A stretch of DNA of 64,000 nucleotides from Aplysia californica (Eukaryota). The notes under the pieces are model-generated. The model saw only the letters and a program-made list of their open reading frames with translations. It made no database searches and had not been told where the DNA came from. The stretch spans positions 625,801-689,800 of the forward strand of contig NW_004797271.1 in the NCBI RefSeq assembly GCF_000002075.1, read 5' to 3'. Positions 63,098 through 64,000 of the stretch are shown here, in pieces. A program made the position numbers and the translations under genes. Position 1 is the first letter of the stretch. Every line of letters begins with the position of its first letter.

Positions 63098-63400
63098 CTC
63101 AATTCGGACTTGATTCCAGATCCAGAATTCGATTAAAGTTTTAAAATGTCGATACAACCCTCATAGACAAGGACAAAACAATATGTCAGAATATGGCCTT
63201 TTTACTCTAATTTAGGCCAGTCTTGATCAAAATTCCCCCATCTTGCTTCACAGCATTCAACTTCGGCCTCTCCGTTGTCCAATCGTCCATAGAAATCGGA
63301 TAGTCGGATAGACGCATATATATCGTATCTATTTTACTGAAATTTCAATACCAAGTATCGATATTACTTTTAACAATTTTACCATTGGGCCAAGGCCAGA
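63098..63400 (-). other. PRPF38B: Probable non-coding first exon of PRPF38B (5' end approximate)
   Basis: Perfect GAG|GTAAGT donor at 63097. Coding exon 1 begins with an acceptor, so an upstream exon is required. Promoter-like sequence at about 63400-63740. Confidence 0.55.
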
Positions 63401-64000
63401 GCCAGAGATCAACCTGAAGCTTTTTTTTTTTAATCCCCGCTCATATTTTTAAACTGAAATAAATCAAGATGTAAGCATCTTCGTAGCATATTTTTATCAT
63501 TCGAACATATAAATAGATCTTGCTTTGCCTTTAAAATTACCTCCTCTTCTCGTCGCTCCTTTAAAACAGCGCAAGATTATTCTTCTGCGAGGAGCATGCA
63601 TGCGCTCACAAGAAAAATGGAAGGTTAAAGGCAGGGGCAGATCCAGAGAAAATTATTCGGAAAACCAGAACAGAAGGGTGACGTGGAAACAGAAGGATAA
63701 TGTAGAATTTTTTTTTTTTTATATCCGAGCGGAAAGATGACTGGGGAAACATTATCGCTGATGTCTGTTTCAGATCTGTCACTTTGTGTACTTAAATTCA
63801 GTATGCTGGTGATTCTTCTGACTGTATTACTAATAGTACTAGACTACTGCCACAGAGTATGCGACAATTTTATTTACAATTGTTATTCTTTCCCTGCACT
63901 TGTCGTGCAAGAGCTAACATATATATAGAATAGATGAAGGTTGCTCCTTCCTTTTTACACATAATTAGAACAACTGAAAAAGCTGGGTCACTTGAGAAAA

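Noticed and set aside
63737-63928. Start of a new + strand gene (MTGETLSLMSV...)
   Set aside because: The position fits a divergent partner of PRPF38B, but there is no recognisable homology or strong donor.

Overview
This is intron-rich, AT-rich animal genomic DNA. The repeat content suggests a lophotrochozoan, probably a gastropod mollusc, but that is inference. I assembled four complete spliced protein-coding genes by hand, with consistent intron phases: TTC19 (+, 925-11241), CCDC15 (-, 31402-13552), URM1 (+, 31672-41206) and PRPF38B (-, 58235-47590). A probable first exon of FKBP15 (-, 581-532) runs off the left edge. The genes alternate in orientation, with two short bidirectional promoters. 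The introns hold a decayed hAT/Buster transposon, an RTE LINE fragment, tRNA-derived SINEs, a ~180-bp head-less retroposon, many TIR MITEs (TA, TTAA, 3-, 6- and 8-bp TSDs) and Helentron-like palindromic elements. Three signals stand out. (1) Tandem repeats are repeatedly built from the genes' own exon/intron junctions, surrounding real splice sites with arrays of decoy sites in CCDC15, PRPF38B and URM1. (2) Irregular TAGATC arrays sit near the start of every first intron, and TA-GGC-TA motifs are scattered throughout; empty/filled comparisons within the window suggest accumulated transposon footprints. (3) A ~1.6-kb fold-back in the PRPF38B leader intron carries a 43-46-bp hAT-like element with 8-bp TSDs. 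All family assignments come from recalled homologue features, not database searches.
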